A stretch of DNA of 64,000 bases from a bacterium DOLZORAL124_38_8 (GCA_002747745.1 PDQG01000004.1:183216-247215), one strand, 5' to 3'. Positions 28,929 through 40,300 are shown, numbered from the stretch's first letter. Notes: a model not told the origin generated them from the sequence alone. Made by a program: numbers and translations.

Positions 28929-30190
28929 TTTTTTGCAAACTTTTGCAAAAAATTATGAGCCACTTGAGAGATATTCCCCGCTCCACAAAAAAGAACTACA
29001 TCATCCGTTTTGAATTGAGCAAGAAATTGTTGAATTTCTGCTTCTGATTGCAGCAGTTCAATACCAGTATTCTTCAAATGTTCCGTTAAAGAAAATTGTT
29101 TGTCTTGTTCAGAATCTCTGGCCGCATAGATGGGATAAAACGCCGATTTATCAGCCAAAGAAAGCACTTCTAAGAATTCAGAAAAAAACTGTTTTGTTCG
29201 TGAGAATTGATGCGGCTCAAAGATTATCCCTACTTTGTTTTGAGAAAAATGTGATTTAAAAGCTTTTAATAACGCTTTTATTTCCGAAGGATGGTGCGCG
29301 TAATCATCATAAATTTTAATGCCTTTATAGAATCCTAAAAACTCTTGTCTTCTTGAAGCTCCAACATATTTTTGCAATCCTTTTGCAAAAATATTTTTAT
29401 CTAATCCTAGATATGTCCCAACCGCCAAAGCTTGTCGAGCGTTTCGTTTACTAAATTCACCCAAAATTGATAAATCTATTACTTGTGTATTATCAATCCA
29501 ATGAATTTTTCCTTTAAAATTTTGTAAGACTTTTTTTGCTCCCGCATCATCACTATGAGCAATAACTAATTGCGCCCCTGAAACAAATTTTTCAAAGGCT
29601 TTGAAATATAATTCTTCCGTTGGAAACGCATCAACATGATCCCATTCAACACTCGTTAAAACCACTATTTCTGGCGACAAAAAACGAAAGTTTTCTCGAT
29701 ATTCACACGCTTCTACAACTAATACCTTTTCTTTTCCCGCTGAAAAATTTGTATTCCCTAAAAATTCTAACGCCGTTCCAACAATTATATTGGCATCAAA
29801 TTTACATTCTTGCAACGCTCTTGCGATTAATCCAGTGGTACTGGTTTTTCCGTGTGTGCCGGCTATGGCTATGGTTCGATATGTTTGTGAAATTTCCCCT
29901 AAAAATTCAAAATAACTTTTTTGAGGAATATTTAAAGATTCAGCTTTTACGCGTTCTGGATTCGTCGCTAGAACAGCTTCTGAATATACCAATAAATCTA
30001 AGGAATCATCTATATTTTCACTTGTTTGACGAGTAAATAGAGTTACGCCTTTTTGTTTTAAAATTGGCCAAATAACACTGGTATCAGAGGTATCCGACCC
30101 TTGTATTTGATGACCTTTAGCGAAACACATTTGTGCCAAAGCCGATAATCCAATACCACCAATTCCCGAAAAATGTATTTTCATAAACAT
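28925..30190 (-). CDS. murC: UDP-N-acetylmuramate--L-alanine ligase
   Basis: 'IHFSGIGGIGLSALAQ', 'IAIAGTHGKTSTTG' and 'DDYAHHPSEI'. Start set at MFMKIHF (30190), or at 30184. Confidence 0.9.
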   Translation of the reverse strand: MFMKIHFSGIGGIGLSALAQMCFAKGHQIQGSDTSDTSVIWPILKQKGVTLFTRQTSENIDDSLDLLVYSEAVLATNPERVKAESLNIPQKSYFEFLGEISQTYRTIAIAGTHGKTSTTGLIARALQECKFDANIIVGTALEFLGNTNFSAGKEKVLVVEACEYRENFRFLSPEIVVLTSVEWDHVDAFPTEELYFKAFEKFVSGAQLVIAHSDDAGAKKVLQNFKGKIHWIDNTQVIDLSILGEFSKRNARQALAVGTYLGLDKNIFAKGLQKYVGASRRQEFLGFYKGIKIYDDYAHHPSEIKALLKAFKSHFSQNKVGIIFEPHQFSRTKQFFSEFLEVLSLADKSAFYPIYAARDSEQDKQFSLTEHLKNTGIELLQSEAEIQQFLAQFKTDDVVLFCGAGNISQVAHNFLQKFAKN

Positions 30191-30230
30191 TTTGATATTA
30201 GTTTTTTTAAAAAATACTACAATCTGTTTG

Positions 30231-30773
30231 ATGCCTTTTTCTTTGTTTACTAAAAACGACTTAATTGCCGATATTCTTCTTAAAGTGCCAAAAGCCAATG
30301 AAATTTTGCTTTCATACGGATTACTCTGTGTGGGGTGTCATTTAAATACACACGAAACACTTCAAGACGGAATTTTGGGTCATGGGTATTCAATGGAAGA
30401 TTTAGAGAACATTCTTGAAGAAATAAACGAAGTGGCTCAAAACACAGAAATGTATCAAAAAGATTTTAAAGAGGTTGAATTAACCGATTTTGCGGCCCAA
30501 AAAGTACAAGAATTTCAAGAAGAATCTAATCAAGTTGGATTTGGATTTAAAATAGAAGTAAAACCTGATCAACAAGGAAATCCTTATTATATATTAGATT
30601 TTCTTAAAACTCCAGCACTCAACGACCGAATTGTTTCTACAAAAAATATTAAAATCTTTCTTGATAAAGAAAGTTATATATTTTTGAAAAACTGTTCTAT
30701 TGATTATATAATAAACCCTGAAACCAATGAAGAAGGGTTTAAAGTTATAAAAAATAATCTGCCCACCGCATGA
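30231..30773 (+). CDS. DUF1858 (redox-disulfide CxxC) domain fused to a Cys-less HesB/IscA-like domain
   Basis: 'LSYGLLCVGCHLNTHETLQDGILGHG' matches the hybrid-cluster-protein-associated redox disulfide domain. The C-terminal 'VELTDFAAQKVQEF...GFKIEV...IDYI...EGFKVIKN' follows the IscA fold pattern. Start at the ATG at 30231. Confidence 0.55.
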   Translation: MPFSLFTKNDLIADILLKVPKANEILLSYGLLCVGCHLNTHETLQDGILGHGYSMEDLENILEEINEVAQNTEMYQKDFKEVELTDFAAQKVQEFQEESNQVGFGFKIEVKPDQQGNPYYILDFLKTPALNDRIVSTKNIKIFLDKESYIFLKNCSIDYIINPETNEEGFKVIKNNLPTA

Positions 30774-31978
30774 AAACCATTTTTTTAGCCGCCGGAAAAA
30801 GTTCTCGTATTCAACCGATTAGTAATAAAAATCTTCTCAAATTTATGGGAAAACCTCTTATTATTCATCTACTAGAAAACGCTCAAAAAGGCGGACTTAA
30901 AAACTTTATTATTGTTTGTAATAAAGATAATAAAGAAGTTTTTGAAAAAATATTGCAACAAGGGAATATTACCGCCGAATTTGTTTTACAACCGAATCTT
31001 GAAGATGGAGTAGCAGGCGGAGTGTTAGCTGGATTAACAAGAGTAAAGAATAATGAACCCGTTTTTATTTTAGGGGGAAATGATTATATTGATCCGAAAA
31101 TTTATCAACAAATTATTACCGAATCGAAAGGTATTCAAGGCGGAATTTTAGCCAAAACCGTTAAAACATATTTTCCTGGTGGGTATTTAAAAGTAGATGA
31201 AAATAATATTATTAAAGAAATACAAGAAAAACCCGGAGAAGGAAATGAGCCTTCAAATTTAGTAAATATTATGGCTCATTATTTTGTTTCGTCTGATGAT
31301 TTAAAAACCGCTTTATCAAAAGCACAATCAAGTAAAGATGATGTTTATGAAACGGCTTTACAAAACTTATTTAAAACCCAGACCTTTAAAGCGGTTTCGT
31401 ATCAAAATTACTGGCAAGCGGTAAAATATCCGTGGCATGTTTTGGATATGAAAGACCAAATTATGAAACAAAATATCCAAAATATATCAATTCATCCAAC
31501 CGCTGAAGTTTCAGAGAAAGCCACTTTAATAGGCGAAAATATTTTTATTGAAGCGGGAGTAAAAATAATGAATAACGCCACTATTTGTGGCCCGTGTTAT
31601 ATTGGAAAAAATACAATTATTGGACAAAATACTCTCATACGACAATCAAATATTGGAGATAATTGTGTTATTGGGTTTAATAGTGAGATTTGTCGTAGTT
31701 TTTTAGCTGATAAAGTATCAACCCATGCGGCGTATATTGGTGATTCAGTTGTCGATTCTGAAGTTAACTTTGGAGCTTACTCGGTTACAACGAATTTAAG
31801 ACTGGATACAAAGAATGTAAAAGTAAAAATTAAAGATCAATTAATTGATAGCAAAAAAGAAAAACTTGGAAGTATTGTTGGAAAAGGAGCACAAATTGGC
31901 AGCGGGGCTAAAATTATGCCTGGAAGAAAAATTAATCCTAATCAATTAATCGCTCCTAATACCGTATTAATAAAATAA
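30770..31978 (+). CDS. sugar-phosphate nucleotidyltransferase with left-handed beta-helix acyltransferase-like domain (GlmU-like architecture)
   Basis: 'IFLAAGKSSRIQP' nucleotidyltransferase P-loop; hexapeptide-repeat-like C-terminus ('IGKNTIIGQNTLIRQSNIGDNCVIG'). ATGA overlap with the previous gene. Confidence 0.7.
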   Translation: MKTIFLAAGKSSRIQPISNKNLLKFMGKPLIIHLLENAQKGGLKNFIIVCNKDNKEVFEKILQQGNITAEFVLQPNLEDGVAGGVLAGLTRVKNNEPVFILGGNDYIDPKIYQQIITESKGIQGGILAKTVKTYFPGGYLKVDENNIIKEIQEKPGEGNEPSNLVNIMAHYFVSSDDLKTALSKAQSSKDDVYETALQNLFKTQTFKAVSYQNYWQAVKYPWHVLDMKDQIMKQNIQNISIHPTAEVSEKATLIGENIFIEAGVKIMNNATICGPCYIGKNTIIGQNTLIRQSNIGDNCVIGFNSEICRSFLADKVSTHAAYIGDSVVDSEVNFGAYSVTTNLRLDTKNVKVKIKDQLIDSKKEKLGSIVGKGAQIGSGAKIMPGRKINPNQLIAPNTVLIK

Positions 31979-32368
31979 CAATTTTTCTTATGAAATATTA
32001 TTTTTTGCAAAGGTTTTAAATTTGTTATTGCAAAACTTTTAAAATAAGATTTTATAAAAATAAAAAATACTATTTATTCGCAACAAAAAATTTTACACCA
32101 GGAAAGAAAAAAATTTTACACCAAAAAAAAGAAAGTTTTCCACGAAGAAAAAAAGTTTTGAAGAATAGAAAAAATATTAAAAAAAACGTTTATAGAACTA
32201 TTTAAAAATTGAATAAAAAATGTATCAAAAAGAGAAAATATTGGAAAAAATAAAAATGCAAAATATTAGAAAAAAAGAATAAAAAAAGAATAAATTAAAT
32301 GTGAATAAAAAATTACTAATACAACTAATTTTATAAATTTATAAAAATAATTTAATATAAAACCGATA
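31979..32368. repeat. 390-bp extremely A-rich intergenic region with phased short motif repeats
   Basis: An-(G)TTTT-ACACCA/ACACCA/CCACGA/GAAGA units start at 32091, 32114, 32136 and 32156. AAAATATT[AG][AG]AAAAAA occurs at 32171, 32235 and 32260. There are several GAATAAAAAA copies. Confidence 0.6.
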
Positions 32369-33943
32369 ATGAAACGTTTAAAAAAATTGTTAAAAAAAAT
32401 CGTAAAAAATTATTTTTTTTGGATTGGGATAGTATTTATTTTTTTCGGAAGTGTTTTGTTTCCCGTTAAAAATATTTTATTTTCAAAGTTATGGTTTTCA
32501 AACACGATTATAATTTTTAGTAACGAAGCGGAACAAAGGCCGTGTGGTGGATTTTTTAGTGTTATTGGTGAAGCCCAAAATTTTCCTTTTGATTTAACCT
32601 TTAAAAATATTTATCAATTACCAAAATTAAAAAAACTTCCCGTACCATATAAATTAAAATCAATAACTGATACGTATAATTTTTGGGATACAGGTTTAAA
32701 TGCTGATAGTGAAGTTTGTGTTTCGGTAGTAAAAAATTTTTACAATCAATTACCAAATAAAAAAACAGATAATGTTATTTTGATTAATTATTCGGTATTA
32801 GAATCTTTGTTATCGGTGGTGGGTGATATAACATTAAATGATTATAAAGTGAATGATAAAAATGTGTTTCGGTTTTTATCGGAATCAGTGGCAAATGTTG
32901 ATCGGCATAATTTAAACGCTTTAAAAGAACGAAAAAGTGTGTTAAAACCAATTATTACGGGAGTAGTAAAAAAAACAATTTTACAACCTTGGAAGTGGCG
33001 ATTGTTAGCGAAAAAAGTAAAATCGTTAGTTTTAAATGGCGATATTTATATCTCAAATATTTCTCATCATATTACGCCTCATAATAGTTTTGGGGTTGTT
33101 GAATGGAATGTTGGCGGGGGAAAATCATCTCGTTTTTTACAGAAAAAAATGGATATTTTTCTGCGAGAAATAAAACCAAATATTTGGGAAACACAAGTTA
33201 AAGTATTGGTACAAAACACTTTAGGGGTATCGGAACCATTTGGGCAAACTTGGAAAGGTCATTTAGAAATACTGGTTCCAGATTTTATTAATGAACCGAA
33301 AACTTTGTATGATGTAGTTTTGAAACCAGGTCAATCTATTAGTAGAAATTTTGCTTTTGTTTCTCATGCAAAAGATTTGAAAAAACTAAATTTATTTAGT
33401 CCTAGAGGTCAAAAAACTAATTTTTTTGTTACGGTTTCAGTTTTTCCTCAACAAGAAATTATAGATTCTAATGGAACTATTTTGGATTTTACGACCTCGT
33501 TTTCTAAAATTGTTAGAAATGGAATAACTGAGTTTTATTGGAACAGAAAGGCTGATGTTCAAGATCCTTTTGTGACCTATCATGAACGACTTTTTTATGA
33601 ACAATTACCAGAAGATTTTAAAGTAGGACCAAAACAATTTGAAAATTTAAAAGAAATTTTTGATAAAAATGATTTTATTGTTGAAGTTCATACCAATGAA
33701 CCAATTTTAATAAAAGATTTAGAAGTATTTTTGCGAGATATTGGTAAAGTTGAAACTTTTGAAAAGAGAACTTTAAAACAGGTTAAAATATTATCGGATA
33801 ATGCTTTTTTATTAGCGTTTACTAAGGAAACGGAGCAGATTGGAGAATTTTTTGAAATGACACTTTCGGGGATAACTGATTTTTGGGGAAATAAATTAAA
33901 ACCAAAGGTTTACACTATTCCAGAAAAAAATATGAAAAACTAA
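32369..33943 (+). CDS. DUF4012-like membrane-anchored protein
   Basis: N-terminal TM helix, then 'FSNEAEQRPCGGFFSVIGEA', resembling the N..E.RP.GGF.G motif I associate with DUF4012. Confidence 0.5.
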   Translation: MKRLKKLLKKIVKNYFFWIGIVFIFFGSVLFPVKNILFSKLWFSNTIIIFSNEAEQRPCGGFFSVIGEAQNFPFDLTFKNIYQLPKLKKLPVPYKLKSITDTYNFWDTGLNADSEVCVSVVKNFYNQLPNKKTDNVILINYSVLESLLSVVGDITLNDYKVNDKNVFRFLSESVANVDRHNLNALKERKSVLKPIITGVVKKTILQPWKWRLLAKKVKSLVLNGDIYISNISHHITPHNSFGVVEWNVGGGKSSRFLQKKMDIFLREIKPNIWETQVKVLVQNTLGVSEPFGQTWKGHLEILVPDFINEPKTLYDVVLKPGQSISRNFAFVSHAKDLKKLNLFSPRGQKTNFFVTVSVFPQQEIIDSNGTILDFTTSFSKIVRNGITEFYWNRKADVQDPFVTYHERLFYEQLPEDFKVGPKQFENLKEIFDKNDFIVEVHTNEPILIKDLEVFLRDIGKVETFEKRTLKQVKILSDNAFLLAFTKETEQIGEFFEMTLSGITDFWGNKLKPKVYTIPEKNMKN

Positions 33944-34003
33944 TTCGTAAAAATTTTGTAATTTTTTTATACTGCGACTGATTTTTTAAGATATTAGTTG
34001 CCT

Positions 34004-36922
34004 ATGAACGCCTTTCGATTAGAAGTACGAAATATTATTAAAGAAACTCGTGATGAAGGATTTTTACAAAAAATTCAATCAAATGGGTTTGATACGATTA
34101 CAGCGGTACAAGTAAACGATGTTTACACGATTGATAAAAATTTTTCGGACGATGAAAAAGGCGTATTGAAAAATATTTTTACAAATCCAGTTTTTGAAGC
34201 GGCTGAAATTAATAATAATTTTGCTCCAAGTACGTTTGATTTTGCGTTAGAAATCGGATTCTTACCAGGGGTAACTGATAATCTTGGGGCAACGGTAAAA
34301 GAAATTATTGAAGAAAAATTTGGGATAAAATTTGATATCGAAGAAGGGGTTTATACTTCAACTATCTTGTATGTTAGTGGGGTAAATCAAGAAGAAATAA
34401 AACAAATCGCTCGTTTATTTGCGAATGATTTAATTCAAAAAATTACGATTAAATCGTTTACTGATTTTGTGAAAGACGGTGGTATGGGCGTGTATGTACC
34501 AAAAGTAACCATTAAACATACGAGTAAAACATTAGAAGTTCCGTTATTGGATATGACGGACGAAGAAATGATTGAGTTAGGAAAAAAAGGAATTAAAGAT
34601 GAAAATGGAAACTTCCGTGGACCATTGAGTTTGAAATTATTGTATATGCAAAAAATTAAAGAGTATTTTGCAAAAGAAGGACGAAATCCAACGGATATTG
34701 AATTAGAATCTATTGCCCAAACTTGGAGTGAACATTGTCGGCATACTATTTTTGCGAATCCTTTAGATGAATTTAAAGGGGGAGTGTTTAAAGATTGTAT
34801 TCGAAAAGCCACAAATGATATTCGAGCAAAAAAAGGAAAAGATGATTTTTGTGTGTCGGTGTTTACTGATAATGCGGGAGGAATTGTATTTGATGAAAAT
34901 TGGGTAGTGTCTGATAAACTTGAAACTCATAATTCTCCTTCGGCGTTAGATCCATTAGGAGGGGCTATGACGGGAATTGTAGGAGTAAATCGTGATGCTT
35001 TGGGATACGGAAAGGGATCTAAACCAGTTATTAACCGATACGCATTCTGTACAGGAGATCCAGAAAAAACGATTGATTTATACAGAGGGGAAAATAAACA
35101 TAATCCAGCCTTACAACCAAAAACTATTTTAGAAGGGGTGGTTGAAGGCGTAGAACACGGAGGAAATCAATCTGGAATTCCAACCCCACAAGGAGCGATT
35201 TATATTGATGACCGATACGCAGGAAAACCATTAGTTTTTGCTGGAACAGTGGGGTTGATTCCACGAGAAATTAATGGGAAAAATTCCTCAGAAAAACAAG
35301 CGAATCCAGGAGAACATATTGTAATGGCTGGAGGATTGATTGGAGTTGATGGAATTCATGGAGCGACTTTTAGTTCGGAAGTATTAGATGGAGATAGTCC
35401 AGCTACCGCCGTGCAAATTGGAGATCCAATTACACAAAAAAAATTATCAGATGTGATTGTAAGAGAGTTACAAGATAAAGATATGATTACTTCGGTGCAC
35501 GATTGTGGAGCCGGAGGAATCTCTGGTACGGTAGGAGAATTAGGAATGGAAGCAGGTGGATTTAGAGTGTATTTAGAACGAGCTCCATTGAAATACTTAA
35601 ATATGAGTCCGTGGGAAATTTGGATTTCTGAATCGCAAGAACGAATGTGTTTTTCGGTTCCAGCTAATAAATCAAAAGAGTTTTGCGAATATTTGGCAAA
35701 ACGTGGAGTTGTGGCTACAGTGTTAGGAGAATTTACTGATACTGGTCGAGGAGAAATCTTTTATAATGATGAAAAAATCTTTGATTTAGATTTAAACTTT
35801 TTAGAAAAAGGGTGGCCAAAAGAACAACAAAAAACAATTCCATCAGAATCAGTAAAAAACGAAAATCAAGTAGTTTTGGGTGAGTGTGATTTTGCAAAAA
35901 GTTTGCAGAAATTATTAAAAAATAAGAATATTGCTTCATTTAGTTGGATTTCAAATCAATATGATTCGATTGTGCAAGGTGGAGCGGTTGTTGGTCCGTT
36001 ACAAGGAGTAGGAAATGTAAATGGAACGGCGGCGGTTACTCGGCCGGTGTTAGAATCGGAAAAAGCGGTGGTTACTTCGCAGGCATTAAATCCTCGCTGG
36101 TCGGAAGTTGATTCGTATAAAATGGCGTTAGCATCGATTGATGATGCGGTAGCGGCCGCGGTAGCCGTAGGAGGAAATATAGATTATATGGCTATTATGG
36201 ATAATTTCTGTTGGTGTTCTTCTGATGAACCAGAACGATTACATCAATTAAAAGAAGCCGCGAAAGGATGTTATGATGCAGCGGTAACATACGGAACGCC
36301 ATTTATTTCTGGAAAAGATTCGATGTTTAACGACTTTAAAGGATATAGTGCGGATAATAAAGAAGTAAAAATTTCTATTCCACCAACCTTGTTAGTGTCG
36401 GTTATGAGTGTGATTGATGATTACACGAAGACGCAAACGATGGACTTTAAATACGAAGAAGATTTAGTGTATGTAATTGGAGAAACAAGTGATAGTTTGA
36501 TTGGTTCGCAGTTATTGTTTGAATACGATAATTTTGGTGGAAATCCAGAAAATTTACCATTAGTACAAACAGAAATAGCGGTGGATAGATACCGACGAAT
36601 GCATGCTGGACACCAACAAAATTTATTTAGTTCGGTACAACATATTGGATTTGGTGGGGTCGCGGTCGCAGTCGCAAAATCTATGATAGCGGGAAAATTA
36701 GGATTAGAAATTACGACTCCATTAACGTTAGCGGAGTGGTTTGCAGAAGATAAATCTCGATTTTTAGTATCAATAAATCCAAACAATAAAGAAGTCTTTG
36801 AAAGTTTATTCCCAGAAGCAGAAATATTAGGAGTTGTTACAAAAAATTACGAATTAAAAACAGAGTCTGAAATGGTAAAAGGAGAAGATTTAGAAAAAGG
36901 ATATTTCAGAAATTATATGTAG
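34004..36922 (+). CDS. purL: phosphoribosylformylglycinamidine synthase, synthetase subunit with PurS-like N-terminal domain, no glutaminase domain
   Basis: 'TWSEHCRHTIF', 'ETHNSPSALDPLGGAMTGIVGVNRD', 'DCGAGGISG' and 'WISESQERM'. The track start is a TTG at 33998; the ATG at 34004 is preferred. Confidence 0.9.
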   Translation: MNAFRLEVRNIIKETRDEGFLQKIQSNGFDTITAVQVNDVYTIDKNFSDDEKGVLKNIFTNPVFEAAEINNNFAPSTFDFALEIGFLPGVTDNLGATVKEIIEEKFGIKFDIEEGVYTSTILYVSGVNQEEIKQIARLFANDLIQKITIKSFTDFVKDGGMGVYVPKVTIKHTSKTLEVPLLDMTDEEMIELGKKGIKDENGNFRGPLSLKLLYMQKIKEYFAKEGRNPTDIELESIAQTWSEHCRHTIFANPLDEFKGGVFKDCIRKATNDIRAKKGKDDFCVSVFTDNAGGIVFDENWVVSDKLETHNSPSALDPLGGAMTGIVGVNRDALGYGKGSKPVINRYAFCTGDPEKTIDLYRGENKHNPALQPKTILEGVVEGVEHGGNQSGIPTPQGAIYIDDRYAGKPLVFAGTVGLIPREINGKNSSEKQANPGEHIVMAGGLIGVDGIHGATFSSEVLDGDSPATAVQIGDPITQKKLSDVIVRELQDKDMITSVHDCGAGGISGTVGELGMEAGGFRVYLERAPLKYLNMSPWEIWISESQERMCFSVPANKSKEFCEYLAKRGVVATVLGEFTDTGRGEIFYNDEKIFDLDLNFLEKGWPKEQQKTIPSESVKNENQVVLGECDFAKSLQKLLKNKNIASFSWISNQYDSIVQGGAVVGPLQGVGNVNGTAAVTRPVLESEKAVVTSQALNPRWSEVDSYKMALASIDDAVAAAVAVGGNIDYMAIMDNFCWCSSDEPERLHQLKEAAKGCYDAAVTYGTPFISGKDSMFNDFKGYSADNKEVKISIPPTLLVSVMSVIDDYTKTQTMDFKYEEDLVYVIGETSDSLIGSQLLFEYDNFGGNPENLPLVQTEIAVDRYRRMHAGHQQNLFSSVQHIGFGGVAVAVAKSMIAGKLGLEITTPLTLAEWFAEDKSRFLVSINPNNKEVFESLFPEAEILGVVTKNYELKTESEMVKGEDLEKGYFRNYM

Positions 36923-36943
36923 ACTAAAAAAGATATTAAATAA

Positions 36944-36975
36944 ACATCTTCAGTGTTTCTGAAGGTGTTTTTTTT
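36944..36975 (+). terminator. intrinsic terminator after purL
   Basis: acatcttcag-tgttt-ctgaaggtgt hairpin followed by a T8 run. Confidence 0.8.
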
Positions 36976-37138
36976 GTTGGTGTAAATTGGGATATTTTTC
37001 TGTAAATTTTTATTTTTACTATATTTTAAAATAATTAATTACTTTTGTATACATGAATTTTAAAAATATTTGTTATTTTTTGTAACAAAAAATTGTTCTT
37101 ACCGTTGTATAAGTTGCTGATATTAAAAGCACAAAAAA

Positions 37139-37167
37139 TTGACTTTTACTTGTGTTTTCGTAATAAT
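37139..37167 (+). promoter_or_regulatory. sigma70-like promoter candidate for the S-layer gene
   Basis: TTGACT-17 nt-AATAAT. It would give a leader of about 210 nt containing several hairpins before the ATG at 37383. Confidence 0.35.
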
Positions 37168-37382
37168 CAGCGCAGTTTAGGAAGACTTACCAATAGAATT
37201 TAATTGGTTCTCTTCTGCGAAGAGTTTGCAAAAATATCTTCAAAAACAAACTAAACTTGATCTTTGAAAAAACGACCGGAGACATTTTTATAAAAAAATG
37301 TATCTAGAAAAAATTATAAATATAGGAGTTAATTCAAATTCTTTATATATAGAGTACATTATTTTTTAGAAGAAAATTAAAC

Positions 37383-40300
37383 ATGAATAAGTTTAAAACA
37401 TTACTTTCTTCTGTAGCCTTAGCCGCTTTGGCTTTGACATTTACTTCAGTGAATGCGGCATACGTGGATGAATCAAAAATCCCTAGTTATGCAAAATCAT
37501 CAATTGAAGAATTGACAAAACAAGGTGTATTGCGAGGTTTCGGAAACACAGGAGAATTTAGACCACAAAACGAATTAAATCGGGCTGAAGTGTCTAAAAT
37601 TATCGTATTGGCGACAGGAGTTGAATTGTCTGCAGACGCAGCCTCTACTTCTTTCCCAGATGTAAAAGAAGGAGCATGGTTTTACGACTACGTAAATACT
37701 ATGGCCGATAAAGGGTGGATTAATGGATACCCAGACGGAGAATTTAAACCAGGAAATACCATCAACCGAGTTGAATTGGCAAAAATGGTTGTGAACGCTT
37801 TCGGTATTGAAAAAAATACTGCTGGAGCTCCACATTTCTCTGACGTAACAGAAGACGCTTGGTTCTTCGATTACGTAGAAACATTGTACAACAACAACAT
37901 TATGAAAGGATTCGCTGATGGATCTTTCCGAGGAGGAGAAAATGTTCTTCGAGCGGAAACAGCATACGTTGTGTACGAATCACAAAAAGCGGTTGCTGAC
38001 TCAGCAGCAAACGCAAAAGGAACTTTGGAAGTTGAATTGTCTAGCAAAACTGCTAAAGGAATGAAAATTCCTTACAACTCTACCGCTGTTCCATTTACAA
38101 CTGTAGAATTCACAGCTTCTGATGACGCTGATGTAAAAATCTCAGGAATTACTGTAAACCGATTAGGTTTGGGTGATCATGATGATTTCTCAAAAGTATG
38201 GTTGGAAATTGACGGATTTAAAATCGGAAACGATAAATCTGTAAACTCAAACGATCAAGCTGAATTAACTTTCAGCCCAGCAATCGTGGTTCCAGCAGGA
38301 AAAACATTGGTAGCTGATATCGTAGCTTCAATGGATGGTAAAGCAGATACAAATGATAAACCATTTGATTTGGGACACGTAAATCGATTGGCTATTGTTT
38401 CTGCTGAATCAATTACATCTTCGGCATCAAATGTTGTAGGACAATTTACTATTGAAGGAGAAGAAATGGAAGTAGCTAATTACAAAGTTACAAACCTTGA
38501 ATTCACTCCATTTACTTCAAATGCTGATGTAGAAGTTGGAGATCAATTTGCTGAAATTGGTAAATTTAAACTTCAAAATGATTCTAAAAACAACAAAGCA
38601 GTAGAAGTACGAGCGATTACTTTGAAAAACATGGGTTCAGCTGAAATTGGTGAAACTTTGGAAAATGCTGTGTTGTACGTTGCTGGAAAACAAGTTTCAG
38701 TTGGAAAAGCAATCATTGATGGTGATTACATTACTTTCCGATTGGATAACGGAACTACTGGTGGATACGTTATTAATGATGGATTGACAAAAATCTTCTC
38801 AGTTCGAGCAGACATTGTGATGGCTGAAAAGAAAGATACAGTTCAATTTAAAATTGATAACTATGAAGACGTAGTTGCAATTGAAGCTTCAACTGCCTTT
38901 GGAGTACGAACAGTTGTTGGTACAAAAGATGCAGAAGATGCTCCTACAGAAATGGGAGTGTTTACAATTAAATCAGGAGATTTGAATGTTTCTCGAGATC
39001 CATCTTCTTTGGCTTCTCAAGATGTTGCTCAAACAACTAATGATGTTCAATTGTTGAAAGCGCGAGTAGTAGCTGAACAAGGAGTAGCAGTTGATGGGGT
39101 AAAAGTAAAAGCAAAAGTTGAAAATAAAGGTGGAGTAGCTCCATTTAAAAATTTCAAATTGTATGTAAACGGAAAATTAGTTGATTCTGTTGAAAAAGTT
39201 GAAGGAGGGTACTTGGACTTTAGTTCAGCCTTTGAATTGACTGGAACTTCTGTATTGGAAGTAAAAGCAAATGTTGATACAAAAGCTAAAAATGACGCCT
39301 TCATTAAACTTGATTTGATGGCAAATGATTTTGATGCTCCAGAATATATTTCTAATGGAGATGTTATTGATTCTAAATACGGATCGGCTTCTGGGTCTGT
39401 GGTAACAGTTATGTCTTCTAAAATTAAATTGACAAGAGTTGATTCAATGAAGAATGAGAAAGCTGTTGCTGGAGTTAAGAGTCTTGAAATATTGAAATTC
39501 AATATCGATAATAATAAAGGAGGAGACGTATTGGTTTCTAATGTTGAATTAGAAGTTGCTCTAGGAGGAAAAGCGGCTGCTGATGCTGGAAACTTCCAAA
39601 TGGGATTGTTTGCAGATGGAGTTCAAATTGCAGGAACTCGAAACTTAACTGAAACTACATCTGGAAATGCAAAAGTATCTTTTGGAGATGTTTCAATTAT
39701 TGTTCCTTCAAATGGATACAAAAAAGTAACCGTAGCAATGGATACAAATAACTCTGTAACAGACGGAACAGGGGCAGATGATACATTGAAAATTACTAAA
39801 GTTGTTGTAGAAGCAACTAACCAATTGAATGGAAAAGAAGTTACTGTAGATGGAGGAAATACTCTTGAATCAGCACTCTTTACTTTCTCAAATTCTGGAA
39901 AGTTGACTGTTACTGAATCAGGATTAACTAACGAACTTAAGTCTGCCGCAGTTAAAGCGGGAGCTTCTAAGGTTGATGTATTCAAATTCTCTGTTAAATC
40001 AGATTACGATAAAGTTGAAGTGTCTGATTTTTACATGAAAAATGTAACAAATTCTGATAACTTTAAAAACTTAGGACAAGTATATGAATTAGTAGATCCT
40101 TCAGGGAATGTTGTTGCAAGTGATACTATGACTGACAACAAGTTACATTTCTCATTGTCTAACAAAGCAATTGTTTCTTCTTCTGAACAAGTATATACTG
40201 TGCGAATGAACGTTGGTTCAATTGCAAACGCAACGGCCACAGCCGCTCACTTGAAATTGGTGATTGATCAATCTGTAGAAGAAAAAGGAATAGAAGCAAC

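Noticed and set aside
30191-30298. N-terminal extensions of murC (to 30298) and of the DUF1858 gene (from 30192).
   Set aside because: The extensions overlap each other. MurC homologues start right at the 'IHFxGIGG' motif, and the ATG at 30231 gives a sensible start for the plus-strand gene.
31979-32368. A-rich repeat region as a CRISPR array or as oriC.
   Set aside because: It is not a CRISPR array: the repeats are short, degenerate and have no regular repeat-spacer unit. oriC is not accepted because the DnaA-box-like cores match TTATNCACA at only about 6 of the 8 specified positions, and no dnaA, dnaN or gidA is nearby. I cannot compute GC skew reliably by eye. The region is kept only as an unexplained motif array.
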